DNA of 64,000 nt, from the NCBI GenBank assembly GCA_964016885.1, contig OZ024741.1, positions 269,514,001 to 269,578,000 on the forward strand, written 5' to 3'. The translations under genes and the position numbers were made by a program. The number at the start of each line of letters is the position of its first letter. Positions within the stretch are counted from its first letter, which is position 1. This document shows, one piece after another, positions 26,227-40,700 of the stretch. This DNA is from Eledone cirrhosa. Its lineage: Eukaryota. The notes below the pieces were generated by a model. That model saw only the letters and a list, made by a program, of their open reading frames with translations. It made no database searches and had not been told where the DNA came from.

Positions 26227-26367
26227 AATATACTTGATCACACGAATGTCTATATTTGTTAATATTTTGAATTAATATTAATAACTCCGGAAAACCAACT
26301 GTGGAGTGCTTCTAATTTATTGTAAAACTTTATTCATTGATTTATTCATTGAACCTTGTTTAACCTT

Positions 26368-26393
<26 letters not shown>

Positions 26394-26404
<11 letters not shown>

Positions 26405-26610
26405 AGAATATAAAAGAAAAACGAACACAGATATATACATATATGTGTTCAAATCGTAAGGGACCAGATTCGTTGAGGTGAAAAGAATACTGACTATAAT
26501 AGTTAGTATTCTTTTCACCTTAGCGAATCTGGTCCCTTACGATTTGAACACATATATACATATATATATATATCTGTGTTCGTTTTTCTTTTATATTCTA
26601 TTATAATATA
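26394..26610. repeat. Near-perfect ~215-bp palindrome between (TA)n tracts
   Basis: Centre actat-a-atagt at ~26498; the arms differ by a few substitutions and a TA-tract length. Confidence 0.9.
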
Positions 26611-27040
26611 CGGCTCGGAAATATCTCTTTCTTAGAGCTATTTTGTTGTAGGAGACTATTGTGAGTTCCTAACTCAATATATACCTTTGATATATATATA
26701 TATATATATATGTGTATGTATGTGTGTGTATATACATCACTCAGTCAAACGACCAGATTTCAACCCCAACATCTATAACAACAACAACACCGGCACTAAT
26801 GTTTACAGCAACAATAGCTTCAGAATGAAATGAAATGAACAATTACAACAACAACGGCATCAAACGATAAAAAAAATAAATAAATAAACACACACACACG
26901 CACGCACACACACACACACAACACAACAACAACAACATCAACTGCCGCCGCCATAACCATCACCATCACCATCATCATCGATCGGACAAACAACAACTTT
27001 AATAATAATAATTTTTTAAGAAAACAACAACTTTAATGAT

Positions 27041-27195
27041 AATAATGTTTCTGCTTTTGGCACGGAGCCAGCGATTGTCCCAGCGCATTACTGGTGCTCT
27101 CTTTTGTTGACTCCGTGGGGATGAAAGGCAAGGTTGACCTCGGCGGGATTTGAGCTCGGAGCATGGCGGGCCATAACTCTATGCTGTAAAGCAAT
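27041..27195 (-). mobile_element. Partial SINE copy with clustered A>G substitutions (+ strand)
   Basis: By-eye alignment to the copy at 37684-37878. Confidence 0.85.
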
Positions 27196-27199
27196 TATA

Positions 27200-27398
27200 A
27201 TAATGATTTCTTATATAGGCACAAGGCCAGCAATTTTGGGGGAGGGGAAAGTCGATTAAATCGACCCCAGTGATTGACTGGTACTTTGTTTTATCGACCC
27301 CGTAAGGATGAAAGGCAATGTTAACCTCGGCGGGATTTGAACTCAGATCATAAAGGGGCGTAACTCTATGCTGCAAAGCATGGCGCCCGACCCTCTAT
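27200..27398 (-). mobile_element. tRNA-derived SINE, long-3' variant
   Basis: B-box and central domain, plus the gtcgattaaatcgac hairpin variant also seen at 42900, 43605 and 45605. Confidence 0.85.
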
Positions 27399-27508
27399 TA
27401 AAGAAATTATAATAATACTGAACGGTAACACGAACGGCTTCAACTATACGAACTCTTTCGAAAGCCAACAGTTGACATAATTTTGTAATCTTGTATCAGT
27501 AATGACGG

Positions 27509-27566
<58 letters not shown>

Positions 27567-27609
27567 GATATTAATAAATGGAAACTTTATTTATAAAACC
27601 ATATTTATT

Positions 27610-27666
27610 TCATTATATATATTTCAAGGATACCAAGTTAAATTATGGTATGCCTTCATCAGACAA
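27610..27666 (-). ncRNA. Hammerhead ribozyme in a ~230-nt solo segment between (TA)n tracts
   Basis: ttgt-CTGATGA-aggcatacca...tggtatcctt-GAAA-tatata-TA-atga. Confidence 0.78.
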
Positions 27667-27788
27667 AATACAATATATAACAGTTTTATAAATAGACATT
27701 GACGTACCCTTTTAAATATTTGTCGAGTGCTTTATATCAGTTATAAAAATATTTGCTTGTTGTATCCCAACAATTTAAATAGAACTTT

Positions 27789-27839
<51 letters not shown>

Positions 27840-27843
<4 letters not shown>

Positions 27844-30800
27844 TTAAGTCGTTTGGAAGCCTCGACAATGCAAATGGGTAAATCTCCGGGTAACAAGATC
27901 CGGTGGTGGAGAGAGAGATGTAAGTGGGTGTACGTTGAGATGCGTGGTGTGTAAAGATGTGTAAATGTGTAGAAGAAAGAAGGGAAGAGTATAAAGGATA
28001 AAATAAACATAACAACACAAGAGAGAGTTACCTTGGGAGAGATTTAATAGTCCCTATATATTTCGGATTCACATCCATCAACTGGGGGGTTTTTTCCGGG
28101 GTAAAGGTTGTCTGTCGGACAGGTGCGAAACGCGTCCTCTGCTGTTTGTTGTTTTGAATATCTGAGGTATTCGGCAGAGCGCGCGTGCGCGTGAAATGGG
28201 GTCGGTCGGGCAGAGGTCAGCGGCCGAATGAGGGAGTGGGGTGGCGCTAGCTGTCAGTCCATTCTCTGCCTGTTTGTTAAATGTTACTGTGTGTGTGCGT
28301 GTGTTGTTGTCTCGCTTGAGTGTGTGTGTGTGCGTGTGTAGTTGCCTTGTTCCTCTGTATTGGCAGTGTAGTATGTTCGTATGGTGGAATGCTACTGTGT
28401 GTGTGTGTGTGTAGTTGTCTCGTTTGTGTGTGCGTGTGTTGTGTGTTGCTACATCGTTTGTTAACTTAAACCAGCCATCTCATTTCGCTTCTCTCTAATC
28501 GGTTGTTTATTTGCGGTTGCAGACGTTTGATAAAAAGTGCTTCCTTGATACGTAACGTGGCGACGTTTCTTTCAGTCGCTAGAATTGTGACAATGGGCCT
28601 TCCGTCTTTGTTTCCGCATTTGTCTATGTGTTTCCGGAAAGACGAGGCCCTGGTTTTAGTGTGTTCCTTGATCCGGATGTGCAAAGGTCGGATTGTGCTA
28701 CCTATGTAGTATTGGTTGCACCTGTCACATTCTATCTTATACACGACGCATGTGCGTAGGCAACAGTTCGCATGGCGTATCGGGAAGTTTCTGAGGGAGC
28801 ATGCGTCAGTAGATTTCCCGGGTTTCTTGGAGAGGCATCTTCGCAGGGAGGGGCCCGAGTGGGCCAGGTGGATGTCGAGGCCCTCCCTCCGTATAGCCTT
28901 GCGGATGGCGTTGGTGGTATTCTCGCCCAGATGTGGAATTTTAAGGAAGCACTTGCCTTGGGTGCCTCTCTGTCTCTTGTGTCTGGTGTCTCCTATTCTG
29001 TCTGTGATCGAGGTAGTGTACCCGTACGTCTCCAGCACCTCGAGGAATCGCTTGGTATGAGTGACACCACTCGCGGGATCGCTGCATCTGTTTTTGATTC
29101 GCGCGATCTCGTTCGTGATGTATCCTCTTTTGGCACTGTTAGGGAGGGCGGACTTGTAGTGAACGAACAGGTCCCTGCAGGCTGCCTTTCGGTAGAAGTT
29201 GCAGTGGATCCTTCCCTGTTCTGTGATGTTGATTCGGAAGTCGAGGAGGGCAAGTGACCCGTCTTCGTTGGGGTGTTCAACACTGAAGTCAATGTTCTCG
29301 TCCGTGCTGTTGAACGTCTCATAGATTCTGTTCGCCGTGTCTTGGGAAGATGTGAGGATGAGGATATCGTCCACGTACCTTGAGAAAAAGGCTACGGCGT
29401 TGGGGTGGCAGGCGTTGAGTGCCTTGCGTTCGAGGTTGTCCATGTAAGAGATCGCTAGCACACCTGATAGGCTTGATCCCATGGGTAATCCCGAGGTTTG
29501 TTGGTATGTTTGGTCAAGGAATCCGAAGTAGGTGTTGTCGACGACGATGGATAGGAGTTGGTGGATGTCAGTGGTGGTGAGCCCGAAGCAGTGTAAGTCG
29601 GTAGATTGGACGCGTTCCATCAGTATATTGACGGCCGGGAGTGCCGGGACCGAGGTGTAGAGAGCGACTACATCAAGGCTGAAGGCATATCTGTTATTCC
29701 TTCTGGTGTCGGGATCCATTTGATGCAGGCGCTTCAACACCTCCTTGGAGCTGTTAACGTGTCCCGGCAAGGTGTCTAAGATGGGTTTGAGTATTCTGGC
29801 TAGGAACCATGAAATTTTGTAGAGTGGTCCCTCCACGCTCGATACAATGGGCCTGATCTTCAGGTCGGGTCCCTGTTTGTGTGTTTTCACGAGGTGGTAG
29901 AAGGCGGGTAGTCTGCTGTTCCTCGTGAGGAGGTTGTATCTCAGCTTCTTCGGGAGCTTCCGCCAGTCGCAGATGTTGGTCCAGGCGGCGTTGATGTGCT
30001 CTTCTATCTGCGCGGGAGTGATTCCCGTGACCTTGGAGTAGAGGTTGTCATCGTCAAGGTGTTGGAGGACCAGGGTGTTGTAGGCCTCTCTGCTGATGAC
30101 GCAGAATTCTTTTCCCTTGTCGAAGGGGAGATAGATGAGGTTCTTCGATTTTAGGTTGGAGAGAGTGGTGAGTTGAGATTTGGTGAGGTTATGTGTTGTG
30201 CGTGTGTGTTTGTGAAGTATATCCGAGATGGAGTGTTTTAGCCTGATGAGTTTAGTGTCGAGTTCGTGGTTGGTGGGTGGGGGGTGGAGTGGGTTGTCGG
30301 GGTGGTAAGTGGGGAACTTGGGGTGGGTTGCGTGGGCGCTGTTATTTTCTGTGGCGCTGTTGATGGCGGTCACCCATTTAAGTTGGTAAGCGGCTCGACA
30401 AAAGTTGGCCTCGATGTTGAGTTTGAGTCTGTCGTCGAGATGTTGTGAGACGATGAACTTAGGTCCGAGGTGTAGGAGTTTCAGCTCGTCGCTCGTGAGA
30501 GTGCCGGTTAGGTCGGTGACCAGGTGCGTCGCATCGTTGAGGTATGGCTCGGTGTTGGTGGATGCAGCGGTGGCGGTTGTTAAGTTGTTGTTTCCCACGT
30601 GGTTCTGGTCCGTCTGTTCGTTAGTGTCGATGTTCCTGTTGTGGCGTTTCGACAAGATCCACTCATATTTTCGCTTGAGCCGTTTTTTCTGGTATTGGAC
30701 TCTGGAGTGGTAGCACTGGTCGATTGCTTTAGTGATTTTCAGGAGCAATTGACAGTCGATGTGTCCGCTCTGAGAGTGTCCGCTTATGGACGTGTAATTG

Positions 30801-32047
30801 GCGGTTGAGATGTCTCAGGATATGTTTAATACACGTGCGATGTATGCGGTTAGTGGTGTTTTGGAAATCTGGTGTACGTAGGCTTACTGGTAAGCGGATG
30901 TTCCTGATGGTGTTGGGGATGACATCGTTTTTTAGGCAGCGTTTCAGGAAAATAATTTGACAGCCAGCGTTGGCCCATTTCTCCGACAGTCTAAACAGTT
31001 CCCTTACGGATGCAAACGATTCCTGGCTCAGGTGTAAGGATAGGAGAGTATTGAAGTTTGCTGGAAGCATTGTGGAACAATAAATAAATATCTTTAAGTC
31101 GTTTGGAAGCCTCGACAATGCAAATGGGTAAATCTCCGGGTAACAAGATCCGGTGGTGGAGAGAGAGATGTAAGTGGGTGTACGTTGAGATGCGTGGTGT
31201 GTAAAGATGTGTAAATGTGTAGAAGAAAGAAGGGAAGAGTATAAAGGATAAAATAAAAATAACAACTGAAAGAAACGTCGGCACGTTACGTATCAAGGAA
31301 GCACTTTTTATCAAACGCCTGCAACCGCAAATAAACAACCGATTAGAGAGAAGCGAAATGAGATGGCTAGTTTAAGTTAACAAACGATGTAGCAACACAC
31401 AACACACGCACACACAAACGAGACAACTACACACACACACACAGTAGCATTCCACCATACGAACATACTACACTGCCAATACAGAGGAACAAGGCAACTA
31501 CACACGCACACACACACACACAATCAAGCGAGAGAACAACACACGCACATACAGACACACACACACAGTAACATTTAACAAACAGGCAGAGAATGGACTG
31601 ACAGCTAGCGCCACCCCACCCCCTCATTCGGCCGCTGACCTCTGACCGACCGACCCATTTCACGCGCACGCGCGCTTTGCCGAATACCTCAGATATTCAA
31701 AACAACAAACAGCGGAGGACGCATTTCGCACCTGTCCAACAGACAACCTTTACCCCGGAAAAATCCCCCCAGTTGATGGATGTGAATCCGAAATATATAG
31801 GGACTATTAAATCTCTCCCAAGGTAACTATCTCTTGTGTTGTTATTTTTATTTTATCCTTTATACTCTTCCCTTCTTTCTTCTACACATTTACACCACGC
31901 ATCTCAACGTACACCCACTTACATCTCTCTCTCCACCACCGGGTCTTGTTACCCGGAGATTTATCCATCTGCATTGTCGAGGCTACCAAACGACTTAAAG
32001 ATATTTATTTATTGTTCCACAATGCTTCAAGCAAACTTCAGTACTCT
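27840..32047 (-). mobile_element. Near-complete Penelope-like element (Penelope/Nematis-like) with 3' pLTR, partial 5' pLTR and upstream inverted pLTR
   Basis: 27840-28015 is a direct repeat of 31090-31262. 31263-32047 is an inverted copy of the ORF end, UTR and ORF start. (TA)n on both flanks. Confidence 0.92.
28466..30748 (-). CDS. PLE RT + GIY-YIG polyprotein; the true start is probably the ATG at ~31070, with one frameshift near 30745
   Basis: KTHK..KIRPIVS, FSLDVVALYTSV, GLPMGSSLS, RYVDD, LALLD, VVYKIECDRCNQYYIGST.RPLHIRIKEH, KEALFI..PQIN. Confidence 0.88.
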   Translation of the reverse strand: MLLKITKAIDQCYHSRVQYQKKRLKRKYEWILSKRHNRNIDTNEQTDQNHVGNNNLTTATAASTNTEPYLNDATHLVTDLTGTLTSDELKLLHLGPKFIVSQHLDDRLKLNIEANFCRAAYQLKWVTAINSATENNSAHATHPKFPTYHPDNPLHPPPTNHELDTKLIRLKHSISDILHKHTRTTHNLTKSQLTTLSNLKSKNLIYLPFDKGKEFCVISREAYNTLVLQHLDDDNLYSKVTGITPAQIEEHINAAWTNICDWRKLPKKLRYNLLTRNSRLPAFYHLVKTHKQGPDLKIRPIVSSVEGPLYKISWFLARILKPILDTLPGHVNSSKEVLKRLHQMDPDTRRNNRYAFSLDVVALYTSVPALPAVNILMERVQSTDLHCFGLTTTDIHQLLSIVVDNTYFGFLDQTYQQTSGLPMGSSLSGVLAISYMDNLERKALNACHPNAVAFFSRYVDDILILTSSQDTANRIYETFNSTDENIDFSVEHPNEDGSLALLDFRINITEQGRIHCNFYRKAACRDLFVHYKSALPNSAKRGYITNEIARIKNRCSDPASGVTHTKRFLEVLETYGYTTSITDRIGDTRHKRQRGTQGKCFLKIPHLGENTTNAIRKAIRREGLDIHLAHSGPSLRRCLSKKPGKSTDACSLRNFPIRHANCCLRTCVVYKIECDRCNQYYIGSTIRPLHIRIKEHTKTRASSFRKHIDKCGNKDGRPIVTILATERNVATLRIKEALFIKRLQPQINNRLERSEMRWLV

Positions 32048-32069
32048 CATATATACACATATATATATA

Positions 32070-32124
<55 letters not shown>

Positions 32125-32147
32125 CATATATATATATATATACTGTA

Positions 32148-34258
<2,111 letters not shown>

Positions 34259-34329
34259 GTGAGTAGCGTGTGTGTGTTTGTTTGTATGCATGAGTATTGG
34301 TGTGTGCGCGCGTGTGTATGTGTGTCGCG

Positions 34330-34620
34330 TAGTTAAACCACTGGGAGTGAAGAACCGCTAGCCCTTGTCAGGGCATTCTTCTAGGAGAAGGCATCTCAGG
34401 AAACTGGGTTAACTCCGACATAAAACCTGCGGCTCAGTAGTTACTGATGATGTTAATCTTTTCTTCTTTTCGGGTTATAGCTACTGTCGCTCAGAGAGTG
34501 GGATTGGCTCAGTGCACAGTCTTTCCTCACTTTAAAAATATTCTTCACGCACAGGCATTGCACGATTGCATGTCAGCCCTTGTGGCCAATAAAGAAATCA
34601 TTAATTAATAATTATTAATA
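34330..34620 (+). mobile_element. RTE-related SINE-like repeat
   Basis: High similarity to 21740-21935 and 40375-40625. Confidence 0.7.
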
Positions 34621-34799
34621 GTGTATTATTATTATTATTATTGTTACTATTATTTTTTTTTTTCCCCAATTCAATGATGTTCCAAAACAATATAAAAGAG
34701 ATAATTGGCAATAAGGGCAGGGGCCCCAGGTTATCACAGCCTGGGCCCGATCGTCATCGTACCACTGTAATAGAGCCAAACAAGGCATTTGGCCTTGGC

Positions 34800-35900
34800 T
34801 GCTAGAACGTACGGACGCTGCTTGACAGGGATTCCTTGGAACGTCCTGAACGAAGGACCGCTCTTGTTGCAAAGGAGCTTCGACGTTACGATCTTGATAT
34901 TGTAGCTTTATCTGAGACGAGGTTAGCTGGAGATGGTCATCTTACAGAATTTTGTGGAGAATATACATTCTTCTGGAAAGGAAGAGATGAAGGAACCAGA
35001 AGAGAGGCTGGGGTAGCATTTGTTGTTAAGACTGTTCTTGTGAATAAATTAGAAGAATTCCCAGTAGGGATTAGTGAGCGTCTTATGTCCATGAGAATTC
35101 TGCTGGACAAAGGAAGATATGCGACCCTGGTGAGTGTGTATGCTCCAACTATGAATTCCGTCGATGAAGTGTCCTTTTACCATGCCTTGAAAGGTTTTAA
35201 GAAATATCCCTCAGGCAGAAAAAGTCATCATGCTTGGTAACTTTAATGCTAGAGTGGGTAGGGATTTTAACACAAGGAATGTAATCGGAAGGCATGGGGT
35301 GGGAAAGTGTAACAACAATGGTATGCTCCTGCTGCAGATGTGTGAGGAGCTGGATCTGTGTGTTACCAACACCATGTTCCAACAAAAGAATAAATTTAAG
35401 ACTACATGGATGCATCCTGCATCTAAGGAATGGCATATTTTGGACTACGTCCTAGTCAGGATGTGTGACAGACGGGATGTACAGTGTGTTCGTGCTCTTC
35501 GTGGAGCTGAGTGCTGGACGGACCACCGCCTGGAACGCGCAAAAGTGAAACTAATCACTAAACTTAAAATCCGGGCTCCTGGTGTTGCCCTGCCCAGAAG
35601 ATTGAATGCTGCTCTTCTTAGGGATAAAAATGTGAAGAGGACATTGCGAGAAGAGATGCAGGTTGCAGAGCTTGGTGAGGATTGGCCGACCCTTAAAAAG
35701 TCTGTTTATTATGTAGGCAGGCGTGTTCTGGGATTGGTGCAGAGAAAACATCAAGACTGGTTTAATGAGAATTATGAACATATAGAAGTCTTGATGTTTT
35801 CTCTGCACCAATCCCAGAACACGCCTGCCTACATAATAAATAGACTTTTTAAGGGTCGGCCAATCCTCACCAAGCTCTGCAACCTGCATCTCTTCTCGCA
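34800..35900 (+). mobile_element. RTE/BovB-like LINE 5' fragment (APE endonuclease) ending in a fold-back inversion
   Basis: RPERRTALVAKELRRYDLDIVALSETRL, SVYAPT, LGNFNARVG, TWMHP..WHILDYVL, WTDH. Confidence 0.88.
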
Positions 35901-36200
35901 GAGGTATATTATTGCTTTCTGTCGTAGGGAAAGTTTTATGTAGGGTGCTTCTGGACCGACTGCTGACACACATTGCAGATTCTGTTCTCCCTGAAAGTCA
36001 ATCTGGTTTTCGTGTAGATATGCACTCGTGTGTGTTGATTTTAAACTTACACTCATACATGTATATATAGACGCACACATACGCCGCACATATACTCACA
36101 AACGAAGACTCACGCACACAAACACTTATAATTACAAATGAAAATGGACACTGACTTACGCAAACATTCATACGTATATTCACACACACACACACACGCG

Positions 36201-36264
<64 letters not shown>

Positions 36265-36395
36265 TAGTCCCACATATATATATATATAAATACATTCCAA
36301 CATATATATATATATATGTATATGAATATATATATATACACATTATATAAAAAAATATATGTGTGTCTGTGTGTGTTATATATCTATATTTATAT

Positions 36396-36477
<82 letters not shown>

Positions 36478-37154
36478 TTAATATATAATATATATATATT
36501 TATATATATATATATATATATAATATATATTAATATATAATATATATATTTATATATATATATATATAATATAATATATATTAATATATAATATATATAT
36601 ATATATATATAATATAATATATATTAATATATAATATATATATTTATATATATATTACCATATACACTTTATTAATGTATGTATAAAATTTATGACAACT
36701 GCACTGGTTAACAGCTGTAGACAGGTGAGGCTGGTGCAGATCTGATTCCAGATTTCTCAACCAATTTCCTTGCTAGATTCTATTTAAGGAACAATTTTCA
36801 TTTCCTCACATAAAACATGTTATTTTCTACATTCTCTCGTTCTTCTTCCACTTGGTTTCACATCGACCCAATGAGGGAGCCTCTAAGATATTACTTACCA
36901 TAATAGAGTTTCTAGTTTCTACTTTTGGCACAAGGCCAGCGATTACCCCAGTGCATCACTGGTATTTTATTTTATTTACCATAATAGAAATACCTGTTAA
37001 GTTTCCATAGAATCGAATCTTAGGGTCATTAAATGCAGATAGAAAAAAGACAAAAAAAAAAACACTTTGGGTGATATAATCTTAGATACTCGATGTCTGA
37101 AGAAACTGTGATAGTCATGTTTGGAACGCGTTTGATTGAAGATATGTTCCACCA

Positions 37155-37174
37155 GTGCTGGACTCAGATTAAAT

Positions 37175-37209
<35 letters not shown>

Positions 37210-37244
37210 TTACTACTACTACTACTACTACTACTAACTAACTA

Positions 37245-37298
<54 letters not shown>

Positions 37299-37302
37299 GC
37301 TG

Positions 37303-37343
<41 letters not shown>

Positions 37344-37470
37344 GCTGCTACTACTACTACTACTACTACTGCTGCTGCTACTACTACTACTACTACTACT
37401 ACTACTGCTACTACTACTACTACTACTACTACTACTGCTGCTGCTACTACTACTACTACTACTATTACTG

Positions 37471-37514
<44 letters not shown>

Positions 37515-37521
37515 GCTGCTG

Positions 37522-37557
<36 letters not shown>

Positions 37558-37593
37558 ATACTACTACTACTACTAATACTACTACTGCTGCTG

Positions 37594-37624
<31 letters not shown>

Positions 37625-37951
37625 GACTAACTAACTAACTAACTCCTACTACTACTAACTAACTATTACTACAACTACTACTAATAATTGTTTCTACTTT
37701 TTGGCACAAGGCCAGCAATTATCCCAGTGTATTACTGGTACTTTATTTTATCGACCCCGTAAGGATGAAAGGCAAAGTTAACCTCGGCGGGATTTGAACT
37801 CAGAATGGCAAGGGTCGTAACTCTATGCGTCAAAGCATGCCGTCCAACCCTCTACTGATACTGCCAATCCACCGCCCTTAATAACTACTAAACAACTACT
37901 ACTACTACTACTAATAATAATAATAATAATAACTAACTATTACTACTACTT

Positions 37952-38008
<57 letters not shown>

Positions 38009-38063
38009 ACTAACTAACTAACTAACTACTACTACTACTACATCTACTACTACTATTACTACA

Positions 38064-38094
<31 letters not shown>

Positions 38095-38098
38095 TTAT

Positions 38099-38152
<54 letters not shown>

Positions 38153-38222
38153 ATCTACTACTACAACTACTAACTACTACTACAACGAACTACTACTACT
38201 ACTAATAATAATAATAATAATA
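37155..38222. repeat. ~1 kb imperfect (CTA)n microsatellite containing a SINE (37684-37878, minus)
   Basis: Direct reading. Confidence 0.95.
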
Positions 38223-38327
38223 ATTGGCTGACGCTCTAACAATTTTACTACTCTAACCTTAATATATCAGCAAGTAGTACAACGGCGCCTCAAACTCGAT
38301 ACGAAGCAAATATCACAAAGGATTTCA

Positions 38328-39065
38328 TTCTTCTTCTTCTTCTTCTTCTTCTTCTTCTTCTTCTTCTTCTTCTTCTTCTTCTTCTTCTTCTTCTTCTTCT
38401 TCTTCTTCTTCTTCTTCTTCTTCGCCCACTTATTCCTGAGAGTGTCGTTGGGGCAGAGACCCCAAACACGCCCTCCAGCAGGTCCTGCCAGAAGCAACCG
38501 TCTCCAACTGATCCGGTTGGATCCCTAAGCAAGACCAGCCAAGCTCATGGATGTTATTCAACCATCTTGCTCGGGGTGTACCCCTGGGTCTCCTGCCGGT
38601 TGGATTTACCCGTAAAATCTCTCCAGTGATTCTTTCCTACGTCATTCTAACCACATGTCCACAGTATCGGAGCTGTGATCTCTCTATTCGGAGAAGTAGC
38701 GGCTCTACCTGGAGTGACTCTCTGATCTCCGAGCTACGCACTCTATCGAGTAATATTACGCCAAACATCCGACAGAGGAACCCCAATAGTATTCTTTCAG
38801 TCATTACCCAAAATGTATGAGCATGGGTAAGAATTAGTACGAATACCGAATTGAAAATAGCGAGTTTGGCTTTTATGCCTACCTCCCTTCTTCTGATTAC
38901 CGAATGCTGAAGCTGGTGCATTACTGCTCCAGTTCCCGCGATTCTTGCACTTAATTCATAACCCTGCCTTCCATCACTCGTGAACACGGCCCCGAGATAC
39001 TTGAACGTCTCTACCTGCTTCAGTTGAACTCCATTCACATGTAGAGTGCACTGCGTACGCTTCCT
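38328..39065 (-). mobile_element. RTE-clade LINE 3' end with (GAA)n tail
   Basis: VETFKYLG, ARIA, RIERSQLRYCGHVVRM. (TTC)n at 38328-38423; the same 3' end and tail occur at 44060-44207 (+). Confidence 0.8.
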
Positions 39066-39242
39066 TGAGATTTCATTCGTATAGTATTATTTTTTTCCGG
39101 TTTTCTCAACGTCATACATGGACGAAAGATACATACATGTACACACACAGATATATACATGCATGCGTACATACACACATACATACATACATACATACAT
39201 ACATACATACATACATACATACATACATACATACATACATAC

Positions 39243-39640
39243 ATGGCGGCTGCCAACTCGTTTTCGAGTACGGCCACTACTTTATATCCATGTAGGAGAA
39301 CCCCTACCAATGCGCTGAACCAGTGTGACTTTTTAGTCCAGCCAGCGACTTGAAAACTCTGGTACAAACAGTACACTTGTGACAATTATTGACATATAGT
39401 GCTGGGCCCATGGTTCCATGTGACGACAAGTGCAGAGAGATCTCCAGATATAAAGCAATGCCTGTGCCGTGAAGCTTTTATAGTGAGCAAAGGCACTGCA
39501 CAAAGCCAGTCCCACTCTCTTAACCAAGATGATATTTACCAAAAAGAAGAACAAGTCAACATCATTGGATACCATCAGGGTTGCAGGTGTTATATCAGAG
39601 TTTTCCTTCTCCTAGAATTCTACCTTCACAAAGGCTAAGG
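39243..39640 (-). mobile_element. RTE-related non-autonomous repeat between (TACA)n tracts
   Basis: Shares blocks with the 21187 and 21735 families; 3' stem-loop ctcg-aaaa-cgag. Confidence 0.55.
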
Positions 39641-39749
39641 AGTCATCTCTCATCTACATACATACATACATACATACATACATACATACATACATACATA
39701 CATACATACATACACACATATGTGGGTACGTACGTACATATTGATTCCT

Positions 39750-40310
39750 ACTTCTTGTCATTGCACGCAGGTGACTTTTCAAACCGGTTTTTCCCTTGCT
39801 CGTTTGATTTCAGATGGTAAACAAAACCAGCTCTTGTTAGAAAAAAATAGGTCACTTTCATTGCACCTCAATTGGTACTCGATTTTTGCAGGCACTGCAC
39901 TTGACTCCCACTTAGGAAGTGAACACTTCAAAACAGCATGGCTCCACTCGCCTTTTCTCATGAAATATGAAAGCAAAAATGAACTTCAATGGGACACTTT
40001 CAGAGCCAATTTCAGTGGAAAATGGTGTCAAACAAGGTGACAATGCTGCATCCACTCTGTTCTCCATCTACTTTGCTGTGCTGCTGACATATGCTTTCCA
40101 ATACTTCGAAATCGGAATATACTTGTGAATTAAAACCTCTGGCAAAGTCTTTAATCTAAGATGGTTTAACACCCAAGTCCAAAACATTTGACACTCTTGT
40201 TAGGGAGTTCCTGTATGCTGACGATGCAGATTTTGTGGCCCACACAGTAGATGACCTGTAGTTAATATTGGACCCCCTTTTCCAATGAATGCACTGTGTT
40301 TGGGCTAAGT
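39750..40310 (+). mobile_element. Decayed RTE RT fragment
   Basis: GVKQG..TLFSIYF and FLYADDA readable in alternate frames. Confidence 0.7.
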
Positions 40311-40334
40311 ATTAGTATACATACATACATACAT

Positions 40335-40700
40335 TATGGCTGCCCCCTCGTTATCGAGTATGGCGATTGCACGATATACCATTATTAATAATTATTAATT
40401 AATTCTATCGTGCAATGACTGTGCGTGAAGATATTTTTAAAGTGCACTGAGCCAATCCCACTCTCTGAGCGACAGTAGCTATAACCCGAAAAGAAGAAAA
40501 GATCAACATCATCAGTAACTACTGAGCCGCAGGTTTTATATCGGAGTTATCCCAGTTTACTGAATTGCCTTCTCCTAGAAGAATGCCCTGACAAAGGCTA
40601 GGGGTCCTTCACTCCCAGTGGTGTAACCGGGCGGTACATGTCTAAATACATATTTACACAATTTCGGATGGCCGTTGACTCGGATGGCCATTGACATACA
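40335..40700 (-). mobile_element. RTE-tailed SINE-like repeat (uninterrupted copy)
   Basis: Reverse complement of 34335-34570 and of 21740-21944 + 23253-23305. Confidence 0.75.

Larger units (their letters stand above)
25947..26278. repeat. ~160-bp-arm fold-back of a PLE pLTR fragment between (TA)n tracts
   Basis: Near-perfect inverted repeat centred at ~26112; each arm holds an HHR. Confidence 0.9.

Noticed and set aside
37094-37140. CTGAAGA-stem-GGAA-cgcg-TT motif
   Set aside because: GAAA is altered and there is no stem I pairing.
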